This document shows positions 19,504 through 29,975 of a DNA stretch of 64,000 bases, piece by piece; position 1 is the first letter of the stretch; every line of letters starts with the position of its first letter. This DNA is from a virus. The stretch is from IMG/VR virus record IMGVR_UViG_3300024255_000002, one strand, 5' to 3'. Made by a program: the position numbers and the translations under genes. The notes beneath the pieces are model-generated. The model was not told the origin of the DNA, did not search any database, and saw only the letters and a program-made list of their open reading frames with translations.

Positions 19504-20170
19504 TGTTATAATGTTCTTATTGATGTCAACTATGTTATGTGCTAATGACATATATGTCACTCAATCAGGTGCAAACCTTGATTTAGATATAACGCAAGAC
19601 GGATCAAACAACACAGTTGGTAACTCCACAACAGCTTCTGCTTCAAGTGGTGCAACTACTGTATTGAATATTGATCAAGTTGGTAACTCAAACGTAATTA
19701 AATATCAAATTAACGGTGCCACATACACAGGTACTATTAATTTAACAGGTAACTCAAATGATGTTGATTTAAATTGTGATAGTACAAATGGTAATAGTTC
19801 TTGTGGAACTGTAACTGCTTCTATTACAATGACAGGAAATTCAAGTGATATAGACCTAGATATAGGGGAAACTAGTGATGCTTCAAACTCAACTGTATCT
19901 ATAACTGGACAATCTGGTTCAGATTCAAACACTATAGCTGCAACAGTTGACGGAACAAGTGCTATTCTAACTTTATCAGTTAATGGTGATACAAACAACT
20001 ATTTAATTGATATTGATGGTAATGGTGATGTTAATGGTCATACATTGATACATACACACACTGGTTCAATTGCTGACGTTGATATAATACAATCAGGTGT
20101 TAATGACAATATGATCACTTTAACAACAAGTGGTGATAATGCAGATATCGATATATCGCAAACGGACTAA
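19487..20170 (+). CDS. Secreted curlin-repeat-like protein (CsgA/B-like)
   Basis: Signal peptide; repeated (I/V)xQxGxxN and GNSN beta-arc units. Confidence 0.7.
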   Translation: MKTIISVIMFLLMSTMLCANDIYVTQSGANLDLDITQDGSNNTVGNSTTASASSGATTVLNIDQVGNSNVIKYQINGATYTGTINLTGNSNDVDLNCDSTNGNSSCGTVTASITMTGNSSDIDLDIGETSDASNSTVSITGQSGSDSNTIAATVDGTSAILTLSVNGDTNNYLIDIDGNGDVNGHTLIHTHTGSIADVDIIQSGVNDNMITLTTSGDNADIDISQTD

Positions 20171-20213
20171 ATCACAATGATAACATTATTACTATTTACA
20201 GGATTAATAATAT

Positions 20214-21326
20214 ATGCGTGTTACAAGTTTTATAATTGGGTGCATACTCATAACCCTTACGACTTTAGCAACAAATAGTCTTGCTTCTATCGGTGAAGTA
20301 ACCTTACACACAGGAAATGCTGTTATCGATAGACAAGATGAATCTAAAGATATTGAGGTAAAGAAAGAGCTTGATGTTCTTTCATATGATACAGTTAAGA
20401 CAGGACAAGGTAGAGTCGGTATAGAATTTATTGACGAAACCAGAGTTGATGTCACTGAGCATAGTAAATTGTTGATTGATGATTTTGTCTATGATCCAAA
20501 TACAAAGACTGGTGCATTATCATTAAAGGCCTCTTTAGGTACAGTTAGATATGCCTCAGGTCAAATTGCAAAAAACTCAAAACAAAATGTAAAGATCAGT
20601 ACCCCCACAGCTACAATTGCTGTAAGGGGAACTGATTTTGCTATGACCATAAATGAGATAGGTGGATCCACTATTGTATTATTACCTAGTTGCAATAATG
20701 AAGGATTTTGTTATGTGGGTGAAATTGAAGTTATAACAGACGCTGGTTTTGTAATTATGAATCAAGCATTTCAAGTAACTCAAGTTGATACAATGGAATC
20801 AAAACCTTTAAAACCTGTATTGCTAGATTTAGATTTAGATATGATTAATAATTTATTGATCATAACACCTCCTAAGAAACTTGACGAGGCAATAACTGAA
20901 CAAAAAGCAAAATCAATTGCAAACGCATTAGATTTAGACTTCTTAAAGTTTGATGATTTAGAAGTAGATTTGCTAGAAATTGAAGAAGAAGAATTTACAG
21001 GACTTGATGTTGATTTTTTAGATCAGAATTTTTTAGTTGATATATTAGAACAGTTAAATAGACAACTTGCCTTACAAATGAGAAGTGAGTTTGATAAAGG
21101 TAAAGATAAAAGAAAAACAGGTAAAGATGAATTTGGTGTTATACTTCTAATAGAAGAACCTCAATGGGTGTGGATGAGAACAGACTCATCTGAAAACAAT
21201 ATAGTATTAAGACTAGACCAAGAGTATAGTTATAATATAAATGTTATACAAGGTGATACAGAAATTATAGATTATGAATTGGGTGATAGTCCAACAAATC
21301 AAATAAGAATATATCAAAATCAATAA
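20214..21326 (+). CDS. FecR-domain protein with acidic C-terminal region
   Basis: Signal peptide; DTVKTG, F.DETRV, GTVRYASG, TPTATIAVRGTDF. Confidence 0.8.
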   Translation: MRVTSFIIGCILITLTTLATNSLASIGEVTLHTGNAVIDRQDESKDIEVKKELDVLSYDTVKTGQGRVGIEFIDETRVDVTEHSKLLIDDFVYDPNTKTGALSLKASLGTVRYASGQIAKNSKQNVKISTPTATIAVRGTDFAMTINEIGGSTIVLLPSCNNEGFCYVGEIEVITDAGFVIMNQAFQVTQVDTMESKPLKPVLLDLDLDMINNLLIITPPKKLDEAITEQKAKSIANALDLDFLKFDDLEVDLLEIEEEEFTGLDVDFLDQNFLVDILEQLNRQLALQMRSEFDKGKDKRKTGKDEFGVILLIEEPQWVWMRTDSSENNIVLRLDQEYSYNINVIQGDTEIIDYELGDSPTNQIRIYQNQ

Positions 21327-22732
21327 TGTATAAATTTTTAAAAAGATTTACAATTTTTCTATTCATATGGATGATGTTTTTTTCTATCATAGATAAGTTA
21401 AAAGCCAATGATGCATTAATATATTATAGCACAGGTGGAACAAACACTAGTTCACAATACAATCATTTAAAAAGTGAACTTGAAGATTTAGGTTTTACTG
21501 TGACAGGTAGTACAAGTGGCACAGTAAGTTCAAGTTCTCTGTCAGGCAAAGAACTTGTAATTGATATTGCAGGAACTTCAAACTGTGGTAGTACATGTAA
21601 AACAAACTATGAAAGTTTTATAAGCAACGGAGGACACTTAGTTATTCTTGCACCCAACGGAGCAACCAATAGAATAGATAGCATTGAATCACTAGTTGAA
21701 AGTAAATTAAGTGTAGGAAGTATGTCAATAGTAGGTGGATGTAATACCTGTTATGGTTCAGTTGCAGTAGGAGATTATGCTTCAAGCACATCAAGTGAAA
21801 ACACATTGCCAGGACCAGACAAATTGTTTACAGCAAGTGGCGGTACATCAATGGCTAAAAACAGTACAAATAGTAGTTGGAACACTTGGTATAATTGGGA
21901 GTATGGTAGTAATGGTGGAACAATTACAGTTTCATTTGGTTATGGACAATTACTATCAACACATACCTATAGTGGTAACATGCAAGATTTTTTAGTCCGT
22001 GCAATGACAGAATCAGCATTGTATTCATCAACACCAGCCTCTGGCATAACATCAAATCAAACAACAGAATTTAATACATTTAGAAATAAATCTGTGAATG
22101 GTAATCAAATTTATATTACACAATCAGGAAATAATAATACATTAAACATAGTACAAGACGGTGACGACAACTTAATTATCGGTACAGACTTAACATCATC
22201 AGCTGTAATAAATGGCGATAATAATGCTTTAGATATAGACCAACTTGGTAATGATAATGTTTTGGGAATAGATATAGTAGGTTCTTCAAACAACGTAGCA
22301 GTTACACAAAACCAAGATCAAAGGGCAAAATTAGACTTAACAGGTTCATCAAACAATGTAGATTTAGATCAATCAGCAATTAACTATATTGGTGAGCATT
22401 ATATGTCAGTAATTATAAATGGCAATAGTAATAATGTTGATATAGATCAAACTGAAACAGGAAATAAAAAGGCATTTATAGACATAGATGGTTCTAACAA
22501 CTTGGCCTTAGATCAAAAAGGAACAGGTGATCACTATGCAGAAATAACACTAACTGATAGTCATAACGTAGATGTAACACAAGACGGAAGTGGTGATCAT
22601 AATGCAACTATTAATTTAAGTGGTAATACTTCTAGTGTAACATTGACGCAAGATAGTAGTACCTCACAGAATTATTACTTATATCAAAATTGTACTCAAT
22701 CAAGTTGCTCGGCAACTGTCACACAAAACTAA
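21326..22732 (+). CDS. Secreted protein: N-terminal alpha/beta domain + C-terminal curlin-like repeats
   Basis: IYITQSGNNN, IVQDGDDN, IDQLGNDN, LDQKGTGDH, VTQDGSGDH repeats. Confidence 0.7.
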   Translation: MYKFLKRFTIFLFIWMMFFSIIDKLKANDALIYYSTGGTNTSSQYNHLKSELEDLGFTVTGSTSGTVSSSSLSGKELVIDIAGTSNCGSTCKTNYESFISNGGHLVILAPNGATNRIDSIESLVESKLSVGSMSIVGGCNTCYGSVAVGDYASSTSSENTLPGPDKLFTASGGTSMAKNSTNSSWNTWYNWEYGSNGGTITVSFGYGQLLSTHTYSGNMQDFLVRAMTESALYSSTPASGITSNQTTEFNTFRNKSVNGNQIYITQSGNNNTLNIVQDGDDNLIIGTDLTSSAVINGDNNALDIDQLGNDNVLGIDIVGSSNNVAVTQNQDQRAKLDLTGSSNNVDLDQSAINYIGEHYMSVIINGNSNNVDIDQTETGNKKAFIDIDGSNNLALDQKGTGDHYAEITLTDSHNVDVTQDGSGDHNATINLSGNTSSVTLTQDSSTSQNYYLYQNCTQSSCSATVTQN

Positions 22733-22738
22733 ATAGTT

Positions 22739-24664
22739 ATGATGAAGAAGATATTAACTCATTGGACAATCTCATTTCTTACCTTATTCATTGTTACATA
22801 CATTGGATTAAAAGACCCTCAAATAAAAGAAGTATTAAGATTAAAAGGATTTGATCTATTAATTCAATCAGAAAAAAAAGAAATTTCAAAAGACATACAC
22901 GTTGTTAGTATAGATGAAAAGGCCATAGAGAAGTATGGACAGTGGCCTTGGAAAAGAGACGTACTAGCAGACGTAGTAAATCAATTAAGAGAAAAAGGTG
23001 CTGGTATAATAGTCATACCTATACTATTTTCAGAGTATGATAGACTAGGTGGTGATGAAACATTTATCAATACAATACATCAAAATGGTGTAGTCATAGC
23101 ACAAACAGGAACAAATCAAACAAATAGAAACGCTGTGCCAAGAGGTGTTGCAAAAATAGGTGATCCGTTACCTTGGTTATTTGAATGGAATGGTATGTTA
23201 GGTCCTGTAAAAGAATTTGGTGATTATGCAGATGGTGTGGGTGTAACAAATACGGCACCTGAAGTTGATGGAGTTGTAAGAAGAATACCTTTACTTATGA
23301 AAATAGGTGAAGATGTATATCCTGCTATGGCAATAGAAGTTATAAGAGTTTCAACAGGTGCACCAAGTTATCAAGTTAAGGCAGGTCAAGGTGGTATTAT
23401 TGCCATGAGAGTGCCTGGATATAAAACAATCAAAACAGACGCAAATGCTCGTATCTGGTTAAGATGGAACAAATCATACTACACAACATCAATTGCAGAT
23501 TTAGAAACTGAAGAATTGAGATTAGAGGGTAAAACAGTTATTATAGGAATGAATGCTGAGGGATTAGGAAATATTATTGCAACTCCTGTAGGTGAAAGAT
23601 ATGCTTATGAATTAACTGCCTCAACTCTATCAACTGTACTAGATGGTAAAAATATAGAAAGAGTTGATATATCTTTTATAGTAGAATTAGCAATTGCATT
23701 TATAGTTGGTTTGATAATTATAATACTTACAAGATACACATCATATTTTATTATTGCCTTTGCAATTATATTTTCAATTATAACTTCATTAGTATATTCT
23801 AAGTTTTTATTTAATCAAAGTTTAATGTTAACAGATGTTACATGGATTATATTTACAGTTGTAGTTGTAGGATTTCATAGTGTCTTTAATAGATTTATCT
23901 TAGAGTTTAAATTAAAACAACAAATCAGAAAACAGTTTGAGAAGTATTTGGATCCTAGACAAGTTGCTATTCTTGTAAAGAATCCTGAGAAGTTAAAACT
24001 TGGTGGTGAAAGAAAAGAAATGAGTTTCTTGTTTATGGATATTGTAGGATTTACACCTATTTCTGAACATTATAAAAACAAAGACGATCCAGAAGGATTA
24101 GTAGAAGTTATTAACGATTACTTAAATCGTATGAGTAAGATAGTATTAAAGAATGGTGGAACAATAGACAAGTATATGGGTGATTGTATTATGGCATTTT
24201 GGAACGCACCACTTGATTGTCCTGATCATGCTGAAATGGCAGTTAAGACAGGTATAGAATGTGCTAATGAAACAGATAAAATTAAAAAAGAATTTAGGGA
24301 GAGAGGTCTTCCTGATATCAATATAGGTTCTGGTGTAAATACAGGAACTTGTATTGTTGGTAATATGGGTAGTGAAATGAGATTAGATTATTCAGTTATA
24401 GGCGATGCTGTAAACTTGGCGGCTAGACTTGAAGCCGCTACAAGGAACTATAAAAATAATGGCAAGGTTACACCTTTGATTTATTCTTCATACACAAAAG
24501 AAAAACTGAAAAACATTGAGTCAATTGAATTAGATAGAATATTTGTTAAGGGTAAAGAGGAGTTAGTAACCATTTATAAACCGTCAACAAACTTAATGGA
24601 GGGTTATGACTTTACTTCAACAAAGAAAGTTACGACTAATAGTAAAAAGGATAACAAGAAATGA
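22739..24664 (+). CDS. CHASE2-domain membrane class III adenylate cyclase
   Basis: IDEKAIEKYGQWPWKR, EVDGVVRRIPL (CHASE2); 3 TMs; FMDIVGFT, IDKYMGDCIMAFW, YSVIGDAVNLAARLE. Confidence 0.93.
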   Translation: MMKKILTHWTISFLTLFIVTYIGLKDPQIKEVLRLKGFDLLIQSEKKEISKDIHVVSIDEKAIEKYGQWPWKRDVLADVVNQLREKGAGIIVIPILFSEYDRLGGDETFINTIHQNGVVIAQTGTNQTNRNAVPRGVAKIGDPLPWLFEWNGMLGPVKEFGDYADGVGVTNTAPEVDGVVRRIPLLMKIGEDVYPAMAIEVIRVSTGAPSYQVKAGQGGIIAMRVPGYKTIKTDANARIWLRWNKSYYTTSIADLETEELRLEGKTVIIGMNAEGLGNIIATPVGERYAYELTASTLSTVLDGKNIERVDISFIVELAIAFIVGLIIIILTRYTSYFIIAFAIIFSIITSLVYSKFLFNQSLMLTDVTWIIFTVVVVGFHSVFNRFILEFKLKQQIRKQFEKYLDPRQVAILVKNPEKLKLGGERKEMSFLFMDIVGFTPISEHYKNKDDPEGLVEVINDYLNRMSKIVLKNGGTIDKYMGDCIMAFWNAPLDCPDHAEMAVKTGIECANETDKIKKEFRERGLPDINIGSGVNTGTCIVGNMGSEMRLDYSVIGDAVNLAARLEAATRNYKNNGKVTPLIYSSYTKEKLKNIESIELDRIFVKGKEELVTIYKPSTNLMEGYDFTSTKKVTTNSKKDNKK

Positions 24665-24806
24665 AAAACAAAGAAAACTATACTTACTCAATACACACTG
24701 GCTCAAAATTAGGAAACAAAAGTTACGGAGACGCCGAAAAACATTTGTGAAACTTTGGAAAATTAATCGATTAAGAGAAATAAGAAGCATGGCTAAAGCC
24801 GCATAA
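24606..24806 (+). CDS. Small highly basic protein
   Basis: GGAGG SD upstream; Lys/Arg-rich 66 aa. Confidence 0.5.
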   Translation: MTLLQQRKLRLIVKRITRNEKQRKLYLLNTHWLKIRKQKLRRRRKTFVKLWKINRLREIRSMAKAA

Positions 24807-24820
24807 TAATAAATAGTAAC

Positions 24821-25285
24821 ATGGCAGAATTAACAGAAATACAAAAATTAGTAACAGACGTTCGAGTTCTAAAGAATGAAGTTGAGCAAGTTTCTAATGT
24901 TAATACAAAACTTGATAGTGCTATTGACAAGTTGACAGATATATCTAGCAGTATCAAGTCCATGTTAGCTGTCCATGAAGAAAAACTATCAAAACAAGAA
25001 GATATTGATAAAGCAATATTTAATCTAATGGAGAGTCGTAGAGTTGAGAGCGAATCGAAATTTGAAGACTTACATGCCAGACTTAATAAATCTGTTAAAG
25101 AATTAAGAGACGATGTCGAATTATCAGAAAAACGTATTTTATGTGACTTAAAAGAATTAAAATTGAATTTATCTGATAGAGTAGGTGTCCTTGAAAAATA
25201 TCGTTGGATAATCATTGGGGCATCTATCATTTTAGGACTATGGTTTCCACAAATGGTAGACTTTACTAAAATAATTAAGATATAG
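24821..25285 (+). CDS. Coiled-coil protein with C-terminal TM
   Basis: Heptad repeats; LAVHEEKL; C-terminal hydrophobic helix. Confidence 0.65.
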   Translation: MAELTEIQKLVTDVRVLKNEVEQVSNVNTKLDSAIDKLTDISSSIKSMLAVHEEKLSKQEDIDKAIFNLMESRRVESESKFEDLHARLNKSVKELRDDVELSEKRILCDLKELKLNLSDRVGVLEKYRWIIIGASIILGLWFPQMVDFTKIIKI

Positions 25286-25289
25286 GTGC

Positions 25290-25318
25290 TTGACTTTTTT
25301 GATGTTTTGATATATAAT
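25290..25318 (+). promoter_or_regulatory. sigma70 promoter TTGACT-17-TATAAT (primase)
   Basis: Near-consensus, 7 nt before the ATG. Confidence 0.8.
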
Positions 25319-25325
25319 ACTATCA

Positions 25326-26339
25326 ATGACTTCATACATCGATCTTAACTATATTAGTAAACTACAACCTAGACTACAACAGTTTAAAAAGAAACGAGAC
25401 TATCTTTTTAATTTTCGTTGTCCAGTCTGTGGTGATTCTAAAAAGAATAAAACAAAAGCAAGAGCATACTTGTACAAAGTAAAAACAGATATGTTCTTTA
25501 AGTGTCATAATTGTGGGGCAGGACATAATTTGGCAAACTTAATAAAATTATTAGATAAACCTTTATACGATCAGTATGTAGTTGAACGATATAAAGGATC
25601 TAAACCTGTTAGTGAAAAAAGTTTACTTGATAAATTTAAAACTAACACAAAAGAAAGATTACAAACTTCACCTCTACAAGGGCTTACGCCTATAAAAGAA
25701 TTAGATAATGAACATCCTGCTAAGAAATATGTTACAAACAGGAAGATTTCTGAACAGTTTTTTGATAAATTATATTACTGTAAAAAGTTCCAAGATTATG
25801 TAAATAAGTTACGCCCAGAAACTTTTAGCAGTATAAATAAATCTTACGAACATCCTAGATTAATCATTCCTTTCTATGATGTTGATAATGAAGTCTTTGC
25901 CATACAAGGCAGAGCATTTGGTAAAGAACAACCTAAGTACTTAACAATTAAACTAAAAGAAAATAAACAAAAGATATTTGGACTTGAAAGAATAAATCTA
26001 CATAGAAGATTATATATAGTAGAGGGTCCTTTAGATAGTTTGTTTTTAGATAATTGCCTTGCCGCTGCTGGTGCAGATTTACAATTGCCAGTAGAAAAGA
26101 AAGATGTTGTTTTTATCTTTGATAATGAACCTAGAAATAAACAGATTATAGATAGAATGTATAAGATGATTGAAAAAGATTATATGATAGTAATATGGCC
26201 CGAAGGACAAAAAGAGAAAGATATTAACGATATGATAATAAACGGCAAGACAAAAGAAGAAGTACAGAAAATTATTTCAGATAATACCTATTCAGGTTTA
26301 TCCGCACTAACACAATTAAATTCATTCAAGCGTTGCTAA
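25326..26339 (+). CDS. 61: DNA primase gp61
   Basis: Zn finger CPVCGDS...CHNC; TOPRIM VEGPLDS, FDNEPRN, KDINDM. Confidence 0.95.
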   Translation: MTSYIDLNYISKLQPRLQQFKKKRDYLFNFRCPVCGDSKKNKTKARAYLYKVKTDMFFKCHNCGAGHNLANLIKLLDKPLYDQYVVERYKGSKPVSEKSLLDKFKTNTKERLQTSPLQGLTPIKELDNEHPAKKYVTNRKISEQFFDKLYYCKKFQDYVNKLRPETFSSINKSYEHPRLIIPFYDVDNEVFAIQGRAFGKEQPKYLTIKLKENKQKIFGLERINLHRRLYIVEGPLDSLFLDNCLAAAGADLQLPVEKKDVVFIFDNEPRNKQIIDRMYKMIEKDYMIVIWPEGQKEKDINDMIINGKTKEEVQKIISDNTYSGLSALTQLNSFKRC

Positions 26340-26356
26340 CACACAGAGAGGTAAAA

Positions 26357-28669
26357 ATGGTCACAGTACAAGAGTCTATTAATGTTAAAAAAAGAAATGA
26401 AAGAGGACTAGAAAAATTAGATATTGATAAGATACACTCGATGGTAGAATATGCTGTAGAAGATATAACAGGTGTATCTGCTTCGCAAGTTGAAATGAAT
26501 AGTGGATTACAATTCTTTGATGGTATATCAACGGATGAAATACAACAGATATTAGTTAAGTCTGCTTCAGATTTAATTTCTTTAGAAAATCCTAATTACA
26601 CATATGTAGCAGCTAGATTGCTTTTATACGGAACAAGAAAACAAGTTTTTAGAAAGTTGTGGGATCACCCACACCTTTACGATCACACTAAAAAATTAGT
26701 TGGCATTGGATTATATGATGATGAAATACTAAAAAAATATGATCGTAAAGATTTTGATAGAATGGAAGGATGGATAAATCATGGCCGAGATTATGATTTT
26801 ACCTATGCTGGATTAAGACAAGTTATAGACAAGTACTTAGTTCAGGATAGAAGTACAAATCAACTGTATGAAACACCACAGTTTATGTACATGTTAATTT
26901 CAGCAACATTATTTGCCAACTATCCGATAAACACGAGGATGAGTTATGTTAAAAAATATTATGAAGCAATATCCACTTTTAGAATCAATATACCGACGCC
27001 TGTTATGGCTGGTGTCAGGACTCCTTTACGTCAGTATGCTAGTTGTGTTTTGGTTGATACTGACGATACTCTTCCTAGTATCTTCAGCTCTGATATGGCT
27101 ATTGGAAGATATGTCGCTCAAAGAGCGGGAATTGGAATCAACGCAGGACGCATACGTGGAATCAATTCAAGGATACGAGGTGGAGAGGTACAACATACTG
27201 GAGTTATACCGTTCCTTAAAAAGTTTGAGGCGACAGTTAAGTGTTGCACTCAAAATGGAGTAAGAGGAGGTTCTGCTACAGTTCACTTTCCAATATGGCA
27301 CCAAGAAATAGAAGATATACTAGTTCTTAAAAACAATAAAGGTAGTGAAGATAATAGAGTTAGAAAATTAGATTACTCAATACAATTATCAAAACTATTT
27401 TATGAAAGATTTATTGAAGACTCAGATATAACTTTATTTTCACCACATGAAGTACCAGAGTTATATGAGGCATGGGGAACACCTGAATTTGATGATCTGT
27501 ATTTAAAGGCAGAAAGAAAAACAAGTGTAACTAAAAAGAAAATAAATGCTCAAACATTGTTTATGGACATGTTAAAAGAAAGAGCAGAAACAGGTCGTAT
27601 CTATATTATGAATATTGATCACTGTAACACACACTCTAGTTTTAAAGATAGAGTTTACATGTCAAATCTATGCCAAGAGATTACGTTACCAACAACACCA
27701 TTACAACACATAGACGGTGATGGTGAAATTGCATTGTGTATATTGTCAGCAGTTAATGTAGGTAAAATAAACAAAAGAGAAGAATTAGAAAATCTTTGTG
27801 ACCTGGCAGTTAGATCATTAGATGAAATTATAGATCATCAACAGTATCCAATCAAGGCCGCAGAAATATCTACAAAGGCAAGAAGAAGTTTAGGTATTGG
27901 TTATATTGGTCTTGCACATTATCTTGCTAAAAAAGGTTACAAGTATGATCAGAAACTTGCATGGAAACAAGTTGATGAACTAACTGAGGCATTTCAGTAT
28001 TATCTATTAAGTGCTTCAAATGAACTTGCAAAAGAAAAAGGTCAGTGTGATTATTTTCATAGAACAAAATACAGTGATGGTATTTTACCTATTGATACAT
28101 ACAAAAAAGATGTTGATGAGGTAGTTCAAAGAGAATTGTCTTACGATTGGGAACATTTAAGAAAAGAAATAAAAGAACATGGATTAAGAAATTCAACACT
28201 ATCGGCACAAATGCCAAGTGAGTCTTCATCTGTTGTATCAAATGAAACAAATGGTATTGAACCACCAAGAGACTATCTAAGTGTTAAGAAGTCTAAGAAA
28301 GGTCCTTTAAAACAGATAGTACCAGAGTATAATAAATTAAAAAAATTTTATACACTACTTTGGGACATGAAAGGGAATGAAGGATATATAAATATCGTTG
28401 CAGTAATGCAAAAATATTTTGATCAGGCAATCAGTGGTAACTGGTCATACAATCCTGAAAATTATGAAGATGGTCAAGTGCCTGTATCAGTAATGGCACA
28501 AGACTTATTACAAACTTATAAATTAGGTTGGAAAACTTCATACTATCAAAACACATATGATAGTAAGAGAGAAGAAGAAGAACCAGCACATAACATTGGT
28601 TGGAAAGATGAACAACCAGAAACAAAAGAAGAGGACGATCCAGAAAACTGTGATTCGTGTACAATTTAA
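26357..28669 (+). CDS. nrdA: Ribonucleotide reductase class Ia alpha subunit
   Basis: ATP cone; PTPVMAG, SCVL, SNLCQEI, C-terminal CDSC. Confidence 0.97.
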   Translation: MVTVQESINVKKRNERGLEKLDIDKIHSMVEYAVEDITGVSASQVEMNSGLQFFDGISTDEIQQILVKSASDLISLENPNYTYVAARLLLYGTRKQVFRKLWDHPHLYDHTKKLVGIGLYDDEILKKYDRKDFDRMEGWINHGRDYDFTYAGLRQVIDKYLVQDRSTNQLYETPQFMYMLISATLFANYPINTRMSYVKKYYEAISTFRINIPTPVMAGVRTPLRQYASCVLVDTDDTLPSIFSSDMAIGRYVAQRAGIGINAGRIRGINSRIRGGEVQHTGVIPFLKKFEATVKCCTQNGVRGGSATVHFPIWHQEIEDILVLKNNKGSEDNRVRKLDYSIQLSKLFYERFIEDSDITLFSPHEVPELYEAWGTPEFDDLYLKAERKTSVTKKKINAQTLFMDMLKERAETGRIYIMNIDHCNTHSSFKDRVYMSNLCQEITLPTTPLQHIDGDGEIALCILSAVNVGKINKREELENLCDLAVRSLDEIIDHQQYPIKAAEISTKARRSLGIGYIGLAHYLAKKGYKYDQKLAWKQVDELTEAFQYYLLSASNELAKEKGQCDYFHRTKYSDGILPIDTYKKDVDEVVQRELSYDWEHLRKEIKEHGLRNSTLSAQMPSESSSVVSNETNGIEPPRDYLSVKKSKKGPLKQIVPEYNKLKKFYTLLWDMKGNEGYINIVAVMQKYFDQAISGNWSYNPENYEDGQVPVSVMAQDLLQTYKLGWKTSYYQNTYDSKREEEEPAHNIGWKDEQPETKEEDDPENCDSCTI

Positions 28670-29775
28670 TGAAAACTGTATTTAACAAAGACAAGAAATT
28701 AAACACATTAAAACAACCAATGTTTTTCGGTGATGATTTAGCAGTTCAAAGATACGATAGTTTCAAGTATCCTGCTTTTGATAGATTGGCACAACAACAA
28801 TTAGGGTTCTTCTGGAGACCTGAAGAAGTATCTTTACAGAAAGATAGAAACGACTATGCTCAATTGACAGAATCACAAAAGTTTATATTTACTTCAAATC
28901 TTAAATATCAAACAATGTTAGATTCTGTACAAGGTAGAGGGCCATGTATTGCGTTTTTACCCTTTGTATCTTTGCCAGAATTAGAAGGTGCTATAGTTGC
29001 GTGGGACTTCATGGAGACCATTCATAGCCGCTCGTACACTTACATTATTAAAAATCTGTACTCTGACCCATCTGAAGTATTTGATACGATTATAGAAGAC
29101 GAGAAGATTGAGAAACGTGCAAAATCTGTCACTGAAGCATATGATAGATTAATTGCTATAGGTTACAAGTATAAGTTGAACCCTAAGTCAGTTGATGAAT
29201 ATGAATTAAAAAAGGCATTATGGCTTGCTTTAGTAAGTGTAAACATACTTGAAGGATTAAGGTTCTATGTATCGTTTGCTTGTTCATTTGCATTTGGTGA
29301 ATTAAAACTTATGGAAGGTTCTGCTAAGATATTATCTTTGATTGCTAGAGACGAAAGTCAACACCTTGCAATGTCACAAAATATAATTAACAATTATAGA
29401 AATAAAGAAAATGACAAAGTAATGAATAAGGTAATAAAAGATTGTGAAGAAGAGGTTTATAAATTATATGATGACGCAGTACAAGAAGAAAAACGTTGGG
29501 CAACTTATTTGTTTCAAAAAGGTTCTATGATAGGATTATCAGATAAATTATTACATCAATATGTTGAGTACACAGCAAATAGAAGAATGAGATTTATTGG
29601 ATTAACACCTAAATATGAACAATCAACAAGCAACAACCCACTACCATGGACACAACATTGGTTTAATAGTCGATCATTGCAAAATGCTCCACAAGAAACT
29701 GAAATAGAAAGTTATGTTATTGGTGGTGTAAAACAAGATGTTAAAAAAGATCAATTCAAAAAGTTTAAACTATAA
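28669..29775 (+). CDS. nrdB: Ribonucleotide reductase beta subunit
   Basis: FFWRPEEV, METIHSRSY, EGLRFY, RDESQH. Confidence 0.97.
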   Translation: MKTVFNKDKKLNTLKQPMFFGDDLAVQRYDSFKYPAFDRLAQQQLGFFWRPEEVSLQKDRNDYAQLTESQKFIFTSNLKYQTMLDSVQGRGPCIAFLPFVSLPELEGAIVAWDFMETIHSRSYTYIIKNLYSDPSEVFDTIIEDEKIEKRAKSVTEAYDRLIAIGYKYKLNPKSVDEYELKKALWLALVSVNILEGLRFYVSFACSFAFGELKLMEGSAKILSLIARDESQHLAMSQNIINNYRNKENDKVMNKVIKDCEEEVYKLYDDAVQEEKRWATYLFQKGSMIGLSDKLLHQYVEYTANRRMRFIGLTPKYEQSTSNNPLPWTQHWFNSRSLQNAPQETEIESYVIGGVKQDVKKDQFKKFKL

Positions 29776-29975
29776 TGATTAAAATTAAAAAAAATAAAGA
29801 TAAAACAAATATAGCAGATTTAGAATGTCCTGAATGTGAGGAAGAATATTCTATCAAATGGTATGACGAAGAAATAGAACCTACAACATGTCCATTTTGT
29901 GGTGCTGAGTCGTTAATTGAAGAAGAGGATGCTTATTTTGAACAAGACAAAGACGACATTTCAGATTGGAATTGA
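29775..29975 (+). CDS. Small acidic zinc-ribbon protein
   Basis: CPEC...CPFCG. Confidence 0.65.
   Translation: MIKIKKNKDKTNIADLECPECEEEYSIKWYDEEIEPTTCPFCGAESLIEEEDAYFEQDKDDISDWN

Noticed and set aside
26357-29775. Introns or inteins in nrdA/nrdB
   Set aside because: Both ORFs are continuous and of normal length.
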